Source: Octopus vulgaris (taxonomy: Eukaryota). Taken from it: a stretch of DNA of 64,000 bases. Below, piece after piece: positions 25,659 through 37,925 of this stretch. Where the stretch lies: positions 40,300,001 to 40,364,000 of the forward strand of contig OX597819.1 of the NCBI GenBank assembly GCA_951406725.2. Reading direction: 5' to 3'. Numbering within the stretch: position 1 is the stretch's first letter; every line of letters begins with the position of its first letter. Below the pieces are notes generated by a model, which was not told the DNA's origin, ran no database searches, and saw only the letters and a list, made by a program, of their open reading frames with translations. A program made the translations under genes and the position numbers.

Positions 25659-26890
25659 CAATCTTACTTAGAAATGGATGCATGCGTTCCGTCATATAAT
25701 AAATTAATAAATAAAACATATGCATATATACATGCATATATGGGTACGGGACACCAAAAAAACGTCAAACACAATGAGAAATGAAAACATAAACACAAAA
25801 CCAAGGAACTGGACATTTTTCTTAAACAACGAAAAAATAGAGTACAGGACATACAAAACAAGGAAAATTCCCCTTCTTCAGTCGCCATGGTTTCATCTAC
25901 TCTGTGTTTTGAAGGTGAAGGCGATACGCATCTTCGATAGAAACCTTCCTTCCCGTGAAAAGCGTCCAGGTCCTTGGTTTTGTGTTTATGTTTTCGTTTC
26001 TCATTGTGTTCGACGTTTTTTGGTGTCCTGTACCCATATATGTATGTATATATATATGTAGAGGTAGGTACGTACATATATGTATGTATACATGCATATG
26101 TTTTATTTATTAATTTATTATATGACGGAACGCACGCATCCATTTCTATGTAAGATTGTTCTTGATATTAATAATGATATTAATAATGATGCGCACTCTT
26201 GACCTTTCTGTCCCCTCCCATTCTTTCTGGTTTCCTTTTCTTCTACCTTACTGTCTCTCTCTGTCTCTCTCTCTCTCTCTCTCTCATTCTTCATTCTTTC
26301 TGGTTTCCTCACAACCATTCCCTTTTTTCTCTCCCTTCCTCCTCCCTCCTCCCGTCATTGACCTGCGACGAGAGCTCTGCTACTGTCTTTCTGACCTGGT
26401 TTCCTTGAAGTGTAGACAGCATTTTCTGTTGCTCCTTCGCCGTTCCCAAAAATAGCGTTTGTATACTTTATCTCATTCGGCTTAACAGCCCTTCTTGTCC
26501 TCTCTTTTACTGTTTATATTTTGTACTGTCATTACTGTCCTGTTTCTGTTACCATTTTTACCCCTCCGCAAAAAGATCTCAAATTTTATTTAATTTGCTT
26601 TTCGCGGGAAGGAAAGTTTCTATCGAAGATGCGTATCACCTTCACCTTCGAAACACAAAGTAGATGAAACTATGGCGACTGAAGAAGGGGAATTTTCCTT
26701 GTGTTATTTGTCCTGTACTCTATTTTTTCGTTGTTTAAGAAAAATGTCCAGTTCCTTGGTTTTGTGTTTATGTTTTCGTTTCTCATTGTGTTTGACGTTT
26801 TTTGGTGTCCTGTACCCATATATGTATGTATATATACATGTAGAGGTAGGTACGTACATATATGTATGTATATATGCATATGTTTTATTT
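25656..26890. mobile_element. Non-coding Penelope-like element: about 780-bp unit with direct terminal redundancy plus inverted 5' copy
   Basis: 25964-26110 repeats at 26746-26890; 25656-25962 is the reverse complement of 26598-26890 plus 26110-26162; flanked by (TA)n; degenerate hammerhead-like boxes ttcgaaac and ctgaagaagggg. Confidence 0.7.
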
Positions 26891-27009
26891 TATATATATA
26901 TGCCCCCACATGGAGTTTGATATTCGATATTCAAATAATATTGTTGGTGTGTGCATATTTTACCGAACTAGCAAGGTGTCTCAATTTGAGTACCTAATTT
27001 AACTGAATC

Positions 27010-27054
<45 letters not shown>

Positions 27055-27183
27055 GATATACGTTAGAGGTTATGCAACCATCCAAGGGATAGATGTATCC
27101 GTAGGTACTTCTGGTATATTACCTCAGTATGTATGGTCCTCGTTATAAGGTACACAGTAGTAGGTAATTTAAAGGTAAAACCG

Positions 27184-27253
27184 TGTTTTAATATAATATA
27201 TATAATGAAATTATTGTATGCAATAATTTCATTATATATATTATATTAAAACA
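27184..27253. repeat. Perfect AT-rich palindrome, 33-bp arms
   Basis: tgttttaatataatatatataatgaaattattg / tatg / caataatttcattatatatattatattaaaaca. Confidence 0.95.
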
Positions 27254-27334
27254 TTTGCAGCCTTTGAAACATATGTAGAAAATAATAAAAAGGAATTTTG
27301 TTAAATTTTCGTTCAGCTCCATTTCTTCCTACAC

Positions 27335-27369
<35 letters not shown>

Positions 27370-27371
<2 letters not shown>

Positions 27372-27599
27372 GAGAGTTGCTTAAGCGTGGAACAAACTGC
27401 CGGCATCGGTTGTTAGTTGTCGGAGCACTGCATCCTTCAAAACTTCCATGCTTCCTGAGATTCGCCAACACTACACTTGATACACACACAAGCATGTTCA
27501 CTTTCCAGACATTTCTACATTACTGCATGTACTTTATATGCACTTTCTGACAAGTTGTGGTGCACCTGAGCACTGTATACAATAATTTCATTGTTATTA

Positions 27600-27605
<6 letters not shown>
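27370..27605 (+). mobile_element. CR1-like LINE 3' end
   Basis: RVA*AWNKLPASVVS; same UTR as 17003 and 62381. Confidence 0.85.
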
Positions 27606-27640
<35 letters not shown>

Positions 27641-27642
<2 letters not shown>

Positions 27643-27824
27643 CGCAGGAGTGGCTGTGTGGTAAGTAGCTTGCTAACCAACCACATGGTTCTGGGTTCAG
27701 TCCCACTGTGTGGCATCTTGGGCAAGTGTCTTCTGCTATAGCCCCGGGCCGACCAAAGCCTTGTGAGTGGATTTGGTAGACGGAAACTGAAAGAAGCCTG
27801 TCGTATATATGTATATATATATAT

Positions 27825-27863
<39 letters not shown>

Positions 27864-28076
27864 TGTATTTGTGTGTCTGTGTATGTCCCCCTAGCATTGC
27901 TTGACAACTGATGCTGGTGTGTTTACGTCCCCGTCACTTAGCGGTTCAGCAAAAGAGACCGATAGAATAAGTACTGAGCTTACAAACAATAAGTCCCGGG
28001 CTGATTTGCTCGACTAAAGGCGATGCTCCAGCATGGCCGCAGTCAAATGACTGAAACAAGTAAAAGAGTAAAGAGT
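27641..28076 (+). mobile_element. SINE family A, full length, after (TA)n
   Basis: Consensus match. Confidence 0.9.
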
Positions 28077-28304
28077 ATACAAACACACACATACACACAC
28101 ATATATTTATATTATATATTGTATGTATCATCAACATCATTTAACGTCCATCTTCCATGCTGACACATGTCAGCTGTATGTGTGTGTGTGTCGAACCCAT
28201 GCCAGCATGGAAAACAGATGTTAAAGAATTATGATATATCTATACCTGGCTATGTGGTAAGGAGTTTGTTTTCCAACCACATCATTCCAGGATCAGTCCC
28301 ACTG

Positions 28305-29220
28305 GTGGTGCTCTTATGGCCAAGTCACCACCAGTAAAATTCTAACTGGAGTCTAAAACTGACAATCATAGACCAAGCTTCATATAGATTTTTCTGGACC
28401 AGTAAATGGCGCATATTACCTGATTGTAGTAAATAGTTATACTAAGTGGCCGGAAATATGTACATCTAGGAGACCAACCTGTACCAATAGAATTTCTTCA
28501 TGAACTCTTTGCAAGATATGGTGTGTCAGACACTATAGTATCTGATAACAGTACACGGTTTACGGCATATGAGTTTAAAATTTTTTGCAAAATATACGCA
28601 GTTGAACACATCCCTACTCCACCACACCACCCAAGATCAAATGGAAAAGTGGAACAGTTTGTGGATGCATTTAAAAGAGCATTAAAGAAATCAAGAAACA
28701 AGCTAATCGATGATGCAACATTGACACAATTCTTGAGGGTTCATTGGATAACATGAAACCCAAACACTTATTCAGGCAAGTCGCCTGTGGAACTAATGTT
28801 TGCTCGAAAAATAAAGTCAATTTTTAACAAGCTGTTACCAATAAGAAAAACAAACAGGGAAAACATTAAAAATACAACAAAGTATTTTAATATTGGTGAC
28901 AAGGTGTTTTTCAAAATATATAAAAATGGAAGAGAAGGTTGGGAAGACAGAAAAGTAACAAAACAAATGGGCAAAATGACGTATATAAGAGGCAAAAAAA
29001 TAGGAACACAAAAGACATTTAAACCAGTTAAAAAATAGACATATGAAAAAAAAAGAGATACCCATGGAAGTCCTCTGTGACATCTTTGATGTTCCAACAC
29101 CACAAGTCAAAGCTGGGCATAGCAGCACAAGAAAGAGGGAACAAATGGAATGGTTGGAAATAGTGCCTAAACAGAAGAAATACTAAACTTCCCTAGGAAG
29201 TTAACTCTCAAAGGGGGAGA
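28305..29220 (+). pseudogene. Ty3/Gypsy integrase relic with polypurine tract
   Basis: LHIDFSGP, YLIVVNSYTKWPE, IVSDNSTRFTAYEF, PPHHPRSNGKVEQFV, SPVELMFARK; PPT aaagggggaga at the end; no intact LTR. Confidence 0.9.
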
Positions 29221-29235
29221 TTTTTTGGTGACAGT

Positions 29236-29500
29236 CATTCACATACCTTCGAAACGCGGAGTAGATGAAACAGAGGCGGCTGAAGAAGGGGAATTTTCCT
29301 TGTGTTGTATGTCTTGTACTCTATTTTTTTGTTGTTTAAGAAAAATGTCCATTTAGTTGGTTTTGTGTTTATGTTTTCGTTTCTCATTGTGTTCGACGTT
29401 TTTTTGGTGTCCTGTACACATATATGCATGTATATATACATATAGATGTAGGTACGTTCATATATGTATGTATATATACATATGTTTTATTTATTAATTT
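29236..29500 (+). mobile_element. Second copy of the 25656-26890 family terminus
   Basis: ccttcgaaacgcggagtagatgaaac..ctgaagaaggggaattttccttgtg.., ends in (TA)n. Confidence 0.85.
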
Positions 29501-29501
29501 G

Positions 29502-29571
<70 letters not shown>

Positions 29572-29574
<3 letters not shown>

Positions 29575-30148
29575 TGTAGGAGTGGATGTGTGGTAAGTAG
29601 CTTGCTTACCAACCACATGGTTCTGGGTTCAGTCCCACTGTGCAGCACCTTGGGCAAGAGTCGTCTATTATAGCTTTGGGTCGACCAAAGACTTGTGAGT
29701 AGATTTAGTAGACAGAAACTGAAAGAAGCCTGTCATATATATATATATATATATATAACGGGAAGCTTTATGAAAATAAACAAAAGACGAAGGCAGGTGG
29801 AAAACAAACGAACAATTGTATTAGTATGGCGCTCAGGAAACATAAATAAAACAAGTCTTTAACGTTTCGAGCCTACGCTCTTCAACAGAAAGATACACAG
29901 AGAGAGAAAAACACAGAAAGAAGGAGAGAAAAAAAATGCGTGCAGTAGCTTATATATATATGTATATGTTTGTGTGTTTGTGTTTGTTCCCCCAACATTG
30001 CTTGACAACCGATGCTGGTGCGTTTTTGTCCCCATAACTTAGCGCTTTGGGAAAAGAGACCAATAGAATAAGTCCTGGGGTCAATTTGCTTGACTAAAGG
30101 TGATGCTCCAGCATGGCCACACTCAAACGACTGAAACAAATAAAAGAA
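29572..30148 (+). mobile_element. SINE family A interrupted in its internal (TA)n by a 195-bp insert (29757-29951)
   Basis: 5' and 3' SINE halves are collinear around the insert. Confidence 0.85.
29855..29896 (-). ncRNA. Minimal type I hammerhead ribozyme motif (Penelope type, variant core)
   Basis: tcttt-CTGTTGA-a-gagc(gtag)gctc-GAAA-cgtt-aaaga: stem I tcttt/aaaga, stem II gagc/gctc, palindromic AACGTT in place of stem III. Confidence 0.65.
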
Positions 30149-31066
30149 TATATATATAAGATGACAACTAAATAATCTACTCATACAACATGGCTGAGTA
30201 TTGTAATTCTCTAGCAGGATCAGTGTGACAATAGCGTGCCAAAGCTGGACATTTTGAACTACAAGTACAGATCATCCAATGGTGTTACGATTTAATATGA
30301 CCAATGAAACTCTTGAAAAATGTTGAAGGATAATCCTTGAAGAAATAGCTTATCCAAATATTATTATTTTAGGCATAAGTGTGGCTTTTGAGCAAGAAGT
30401 TTGCTTCCCAAGCACATAGTTCTGGGTTCAGTCTCACACCATGGCACTTTAAGCAAATGTCTTCAACTATAGACCTGGGCCAACCAAAGACTTGTAATTT
30501 GGTTGATAGAAACCGAAAGAAGTCTGTTGTGAATATATATGTATATATCTATGCATGTGTGTTTTTGTGTCTGTGTTTGTTCCATTCTTTGATAATGAGT
30601 GTTGGTTTGTTTATGTCGCTGTAACTTAGCAGCTTGGGAAAAAGAGATTGATAGAATAAGTATGAGACTTCTTAAAAATACCAGGAGGAACTGGAAATTT
30701 CCAGGCTTTCAGGGTATTGCAAGGGATCTGGTTGGAGGCCCAACATTCCAAGTTCTTTTATAGGGCTTAGAAAACTGAAAGACCACTGCAACAAGTGTGT
30801 GTATCTGAGAAGGGAATATGTTGAATAAAATCATAATTAACTGATCCTCCTGTATTTTCTTTTACCCAAAGCCAAGAACTTTTTAGCACTCACTTGTAAG
30901 TACTGGTGTCAATTTGTTTGACTAAGCCCTTTAAGTTGGCACCCCAGTATGGCTGCATCCCGACAGCTGAAGCAAATACAAGATTAAAGAAAAGATGGAA
31001 AGCTTATGTCTAAAATGAGTAATGTGTTCTCCTTGATAATCAATTAGCTACCATTTTGTATAAACA

Positions 31067-31313
31067 TGGAATTTACTATGTTACGCCAGACTTCACGGTC
31101 CATCATAGCATCACAGAGGTCCTGTTGCTGGATGCCTGTATCCCTGGAGATTACATGAGGGTAGGAGAGTGTGCACCCTCTTACCCTGATGTAAATTCCA
31201 GGGATACAGGCATCCAGCAACAGGACCTCCGTAATGCTATGATGGACCGTGAAGTCTGGCGTAGCATGGTAAATTCCATTGTCTCGACCACGGTCGAACA
31301 ATGATGATGATGA
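31067..31313 (+). mobile_element. RTE-type LINE 3' end with inverted self-duplication and 10-bp TSD
   Basis: About 107-bp arms centred on gtgcac; DLRNAMMDREVWRSMV motif; (ATG)n tail; TSD tgtataaaca at 31057-31066 and 31314-31323. Confidence 0.9.
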
Positions 31314-31565
31314 TGTATAAACACGCTAACAAGGAACAAGTCAATTAAATTCCAGATAAATTCAGCATAAAGCAAAGTAAAAAGAAAAAAAAAATTGATA
31401 GACAATAGATATGTAGACTGCATCATTCAGCCCAAGGTTAAAAGAGGAATTATTTTTCCTTTATCTCAAATGGAGTAACATATCTGAAATGTCAGTGTCC
31501 TCTTACTATGACATTTAAACTTATCAAACTCATGAACTTGAAAACAAAAAGTTTAGCTAATTTAA

Positions 31566-31931
31566 CTCTTTAATATTTAAACCAACCGTATCTTGTCCAA
31601 ATTGTCTACCTCTTTTAATGTGTGAGTTCAAACTGGCCAGATCTGGCCTCTCACACCTACCCTAAAATGTCATTCTAAAAATATAACACATGAGATAATC
31701 TTTTAACCTTTTACTTGTTTCAGTAGTTAAACCATGGCCATGCTGGGGCACTGCCTTGAAGAACTTTAAGTCAAATGAACTGACCTTCAGTGCTTGTTTG
31801 TTTTTAAAGTCTGGTACTTATTCTATCGGTCTCTTTTGCCAAACCACTAAGTTACAGGGATGTAAACATACCAATACCAGTTGTCAAGTTGTGGTGGGGG
31901 ACAAATACATACATAAACACACACACACACA

Positions 31932-31966
<35 letters not shown>

Positions 31967-31977
31967 TCACACACACA

Positions 31978-32015
<38 letters not shown>

Positions 32016-32272
32016 TATACAACAGGCTTCTTTCAGTTTCTGTTTACCAAATCCACTCACAAGGCTTTGGTCACAAGGCTTTGGTTAGCCTGAGACTACA
32101 GTAGAAGACACTTGCCCAAGGTGCCATACAGTGGAGTTGAACTTGGAACAATGTGGTTGAAAAGCAAGCTTCTTACCATGCAGTCACACCTATGCCTATA
32201 ATGCATGATTAATTCAAGACAGTGTAAGTAAATACGCATTACATTTGACAGATCTAAATGAATACAAAAGGC
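31566..32272. mobile_element. piggyBac-like MITE containing a minus-strand family A SINE (31705-32197)
   Basis: TTAA at both ends; halves match the reverse complement of 62357-62900. Confidence 0.65.
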
Positions 32273-32279
32273 TTAAAAA

Positions 32280-32705
32280 GACATTTTCTCAAAATATATC
32301 ACGTGTATAAATAGAACTCTTAAAAGACAAAATATGCAAACAATAAGCAAAACAAAAAAAATTTAAAATGTAAAAGCCAATAAGACTAAGAATTTGTGTG
32401 GAAGATAGACATGCAAAACTAAAACAAACAAATAAACATACACAGTATAATCTAATTTTACTCTAACCTACAAAATCCTGATCAACAAAGGCTAAACCAG
32501 AACAACACAAATGAAAATATGTAAGAATAGAAAATTCTTGAAACAAAGTATCGAATAAACCAAAAATAAAATAGTAGAAATAGAAATAGAATTATAGCTC
32601 TTCCTGTGAAACAATGAAAGACCTCTGCCAACAACAACAAATCATGCAAACCTTACCATTGTAAAACCTAATGGGAAAAATGGGAATATCAATGTAGACT
32701 TTGGA
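32280..32705 (+). pseudogene. Possible decayed Penelope-like ORF fragment
   Basis: Strong A bias; ends in NLTIVKPNGK..NINVD, reminiscent of the IxxxDKG motif preceding PLE reverse transcriptase. Confidence 0.3.
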
Positions 32706-32946
32706 AAAAAAACAAAACTGATATAGTTTTTGTGGTAGTCACAGTTAGAAAGGAAAGTGGGAGATTTATGAAAACTATTCATATGGGCTAGGCTTTTGGT
32801 TTGGCTGTGTGATTAAGAAGCTTGCTTTGCAGCCATGTGGTTTCAGGTTCAATTCTACTATGCAGCATTGGGAAAATGTCTTCTTTTATAACCCCAGGCT
32901 AACCAATGCCACATGAGTGAATTTGGTAAGCAGAAACTGTGTGGAA

Positions 32947-33175
32947 GTGGCGAGCTGGCAGAAACATTAGCACGCTGGATGAAATGCTTAGCGGCATTTC
33001 GTCTGCCGTTATGTTCTGAGTTCAAATTCCGCCGAGGTTGACTTTGCCTTTCATCCTTTCGGGGTCGATAAAGTACCAGTTATGCACTGGGATCAATGTA
33101 ATCAATTTAATCCCTTTGTCTGTCCTTGTTTGTCCTCTCTGTGTTTAGCCCCTTATGGGTAGTAAAGAAATAGGT
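32947..33175 (+). mobile_element. SINE family B
   Basis: Consensus match. Confidence 0.85.
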
Positions 33176-33504
33176 ATGCATGGGCAACTGTTGACCTAAC
33201 ACAAAAACAACCTTGCCCAGACTTGAGCTTCAGACAGGACTTTTCTAGATGCAGTCCCATGGTCAGTCATCACTGAAGGGGGTCTTTACTCATTACCATA
33301 TAAACATGCATAAAAGTAGTAAACAAGTGTCACTGTCATACAAGCAGTGTCCATCATTTCAATCATCTGTAAAAACATGTCTAGCCTTAGGGGAAATATA
33401 ATCTTACTTGGAAATAGGCAAGGGTTCACGACAGGAAGGTCGGCCAGCTGTAGAAAAATCTGCTAAAACAAATTACATTTGACCCATGCAAACATGTTAA
33501 ATTC

Positions 33505-34020
33505 ATCACCATCATCATCGTTTAACGTCTGCTTTTCATGCTAGCATGGGTTAGATGATTTGGCTGAGGTCTGGTGAACCAGTTGGCTGCACCAGACTCC
33601 AATCTGATCTGGCAGAGTTTCTACAGCTGGATGCCCTTCCTAATGCTAACCACTCCAAGAGTGTAGTGGGTGCTTTTACTTGCCACCGGCACAAGGGCCA
33701 GTCTGGCAGTACTGGCAACAGCCATGCTCGAATGGTGTCTTTTACATAGCACCTGCACAGGAGTCAGTCCAGCGGCACTGGCAATGACCTCGCTCGAATG
33801 TTTTATTCACATGTCACTGGCACAAGTGCCAGTAAGGCGACGCTGGTAATGATCATGCTCAAATAGTGCTTTTTACATACCACTGGCACGGATGCCAGAC
33901 AGCTGCTCTGGCAGTGATCCCGCTCAGATGGAGCTGTAAGTGCTCCACTGGCACAAGTGCCAGTCATCAAATTTGGTTCAATTTCGATTTCACTTGCCCC
34001 AACAGGTTTTCACAAGCAGA
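33505..34020 (-). mobile_element. RTE 3' UTR/tail with about 5 diverged minisatellite units
   Basis: catcatcgtttaacgtc tail, ggatgcccttcctaa block, about 60-bp units. Confidence 0.8.
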
Positions 34021-34194
34021 GTAAACTGGATGTTGAAATTCTGTTGCTACTGCTGCTGCTGCAGATGACAACAACGACGACGGCAATGATGATGAGGATG
34101 ATGATGATGACGATGACTACAACAATGATGACAACAATAATGACAATGATGATGATGATGATGATTATGATAATAATGAATATGATGATGATGA

Positions 34195-34560
34195 GTCTGA
34201 AACCAATAACCACAGATGAAGAACACCTGAAAACACTGTTATAGATAGGACACAGATTTACAAGAAGAACTGATATGAAATTTGGTGCAGGGAACTGTGT
34301 CAAGGCTCACCACTAATATCAAGTAAGATAAAAGAAGAGAGAGAGAGAGAAGTGAATTAGACCAGACACTGACTTGAAATATTTGGGAATTAATGAACTA
34401 GTTAGAGTGCATCACACACAAATGAAAGAATAGATTAGAAAGAAATATTACAGATATATTAGTTAAATTCTTAAATCAGAGATAAAGTTAAAAAAATAAG
34501 GTTAGTGATATCAATACTTTAGCTGTTGTGGAATAAATTTGCAGTTATATATTGCTGTTG
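34195..34560 (+). pseudogene. R4/Dong-like RT fragment, decayed
   Basis: MKFG..NC, KYLGINE, MKE*IRKKYYR, ILKSE, INTLA blocks. Confidence 0.65.
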
Positions 34561-34949
34561 ACAAGAAGATAAGTGGATTAATAAGTCAAGGTAAGGAATC
34601 AAGATAAATAATTCTTTCAGTTATAGGCACAAGGTTTGAAATTTGGTTGGTGGGGGACTAGCTGACTACATTGATCTCAGAGTTTGTTGGGTACTTGTTT
34701 TATTGACTCCAAAAGGATGAAAGGCAAAGTCAACCTGGGCAGAATTTGAGCTCAGAACATAAAACCCGAAGAAATGTTGCAAAGCATTTTGTCCAGTGAG
34801 CTAACAATTCTGCCAGTCAGCTACCTTAATAATGGTTTCAAATTCTAGCTCAAGACCAGCATGTTAGGTGGGAGAGAGTAAGCTGATTATTATTGACCCC
34901 AGTATTCAACTGGTGCTTATTTTATTGACACCAAAAGGATGAAAGGCAA

Positions 34950-35014
<65 letters not shown>

Positions 35015-35048
35015 GGCATAAAACCCAGTTTAGTACAGAGGTTTGGGC

Positions 35049-35088
<40 letters not shown>

Positions 35089-35560
35089 GAGTGAGAGAGT
35101 AGTGCATGCCATCAAAGGGTGAAATATACAAAGCCCAGTATATCCATCATGACTACCCATCTGATAAGGGTACACCAGACACATACATCACAACCATATG
35201 TGTGCAACATGGTAATCTAATATCAAGATAAACAGCACATGACCTTGCAGATGGGGCCCAGCTAGAATTTTCTTCAGGTTGAGTAGCCCATCTGGCGCAA
35301 AAGGTCCCTGAATAAGAGTTGTTTAAAGATGTTGAACAAAACACCCATGTTTCCAAATTTTTATAATTTCCTTCTAAATGTTTCAATACACACTTTACTT
35401 GTGTTAGGAAATATAAACAATGCATCATCTTGGTACACACCACCCAAGGGATCAGAGAAACTATCCTGCAATATGTATATTCCAGCAAGATCCATGACTT
35501 GATCAGAGTTATTTGATCCCAACATAGCATTGAAATTATTACTTGTCTTTCCTGGTCCTT
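35049..35560 (-). mobile_element. Non-LTR (probably Dong-like) 3' end with (TAA)n tail
   Basis: UTR-like block abutting (ATT)n; Dong elements are known to sit in TAA repeats. Confidence 0.45.
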
Positions 35561-35717
35561 AATTTCCTATCAAATTTAATAACTGGATGTCTTGTGAAGG
35601 GGGTGGGGTTTGGTTAATCAGTAAAACTCCAAATTAAAACCTAGACTGCCAAAACTACCATGGCAAAGTGACCACACCTAAATTCAACCACAATCTACAG
35701 GCACAACCTACATAATC

Positions 35718-35940
35718 CTATTTTTTGACCCAGGAAATGCTTGCCATTAACACCCATCTTTCACTAAATTTATTGATGAACAGGATGTCCGTCTCTGACT
35801 TCAGCTTCCTCTTCAAGTGATAACAGAAAAGTCTGAGGAGGGCTTGGCTGGAGTGGAAAAGACTGGCTCTTTTAGTTGTGTCCACCCCACTGTTATCTAT
35901 CAGACAGAGAAAAGCTTGCCCCATTCCTTCCCTGTCACAG
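35718..35940 (-). pseudogene. L1/Tx1-like ORF2 C-terminal fragment
   Basis: LFCYHLKRKLKSE..FSERW motif. Confidence 0.45.
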
Positions 35941-36712
35941 GTAGTTCAACATAGCTCTACAAGTCAGCAATATTCAAACACTGAACAAAGGCATGGAAGA
36001 CAACTTTGACACCCTTGGTGGTGGTGGGGGTGGTGGTAGCAGTTGTGATGGTGGAGAGTAAATGGGGTCGTGATACTGGTGATAGTGATGATGACAATGA
36101 TGATAATGATGGTGATGATGATGATGACAATTTTTATCAGCAACTTTTCCTCCTCCTCTTAATCATCCTAAATAGAGGACTGGGAAGTGTAATTTGAGTC
36201 TAGATTCCCCGTTCATATGTACAGACATTGTTTGACCTTCTAGCCTCTGCATATATTTCTTGTCTCTTGTAGGATTGCCTACATTTGGTGTATATTTTTT
36301 AATAGATAACTTCAAATAGTTGTTGTTGCTGTCATCTTATTTGTATAGTTGTTATTTAGCTCTGAAACAGCAGATCTATCATCAAAGATTCTTCTGTTGC
36401 TCTTTGAGAGGTGCAGACATAGATGTGTGATTAGGGAACTTGACTTGCAATCACTTGATTTGGGGTTCAAGCCTACTGTGCAGCACTTTGGGCAAGTGTC
36501 TTCTACTTTAACCATGGGCTGAGTAGTGCCTTGTGAGTAGATTTGGTAGGCATAAACTCTGTGGAAGCCCATTATGTGTGTGCGGTGGAGTGGCTGTGTG
36601 GTAAGTAGCTTGCTTACCAACCACATGGTCCTGGGTTCAGTCCCACTGCATGGCACCTTGGGCAAGTGTCTTCTACTATAGCTCGGGCTGACCAAAGCCT
36701 TGTGTGTGTGTG

Positions 36713-37005
36713 TATGGATACAGGACATCACCAACTGTGTAAACAATATGAAATACAAAAACAAACAAGTTAAATGCACAACCAGTGAGAGAAACATATT
36801 GAAAACAGGACAAGTAAACACAGAGAACGACCCTTTGTCAGTTGTTTGCTGCCTATATTCTCCTCATTTTGAGCATTCGATGACAATATGAGCCTTCAAA
36901 GACAGTTGCTCCCATAAATTCTAAAATAAAATTTAGAATTTATGGCGGGTCAAAGTTGGGAACAAAAGCAGGACAGTGAAGGCATACAAGGAAACCAAAG
37001 AAAAA
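36713..37005 (-). mobile_element. Penelope-like terminal-repeat fragment distantly related to the 25.7-kb family
   Basis: tatggatacaggac start, degenerate ctgacaaaggg box on the minus strand, hairpin ccataaattctaaa/tttagaatttatgg. Confidence 0.45.
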
Positions 37006-37695
37006 TTTTTGTTACCTAAGCTCTTCAAGGTGGTATCACAGCATAGCTGCAATTCAATGAATAATACAAGTAAAAGATAAAAAAATTGCACGTCAAAGAC
37101 AGCAATATCTAATGCTTTGATCTTTCAATCAGTAAAGTAGAGTTTGAGGGATATATTGTTATTTCAAGCAGGTAGGTAACCATGTAGGTGTTCCCACTTT
37201 GACTTGTTTAATTATTGTTTTTGTGTGTGTTTTTCTCTGAGAATTTATGTGCATGAATGTGTTTATGCATGCTTATGAATATATTCTTTTCTATACTAGG
37301 CACAAGGTGAAGTATGCAACTGGTACTTAATTTATCAACCCCGAAAGGATAAAAAGCAAGGTCGACCTCGGTGGAATTTGAACTCAGAATCTAAAGACAG
37401 ACGAAATACCACTAAGCATTTCGCCCAGCATGCTAATGTTTCTGCCAGCTCGCTACCTTATGCTTATGAATATATATTGATGCTCAAATTGTATGCGTGC
37501 ATGTGTATGTGTACGTGTGTACATATGTATGTGTATATGTATGTTTTAGTATTTCGTTTGTCCTTCACCACTGCATGACAACCAGTGTTGGTTTGTTTAC
37601 ACCTCTGTGATATAGTGGTTTGGCAAAAGAGACTGACAGAACAAGTACCAAGCTATCCCAGAGGGTAGTTTGGACAGGATTACATTTTGTAAAAA

Positions 37696-37925
37696 GGCGG
37701 CGAGCTGGCAGAAACGTTAGCACGCCGGGCGAAATGCTTAGCAGTATTTCGTCTGCCGCTACGTTCTGAGTTCAAATTCCGCCAAGGTCAACTTTGCCTT
37801 TCATCCTTTCGGGGTCGATTAAATAAGTACCAGTTACGCACTGGGGTCGATATAAAAGACTTAATCCGTTTGTCTGTCCTTGTTTGTCCTCTCTGAGTTT
37901 AACCCCTTGTGGGTAGTAAAGATAA
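37696..37925 (+). mobile_element. SINE family B with TSD
   Basis: aggattacattt repeated on both sides. Confidence 0.88.

Noticed and set aside
29246-29292. Type II hammerhead from gaaac..gta..ctgaaga
   Set aside because: Stem I cannot form between the cleavage triplet and CUGAAGA; kept only as degenerate boxes
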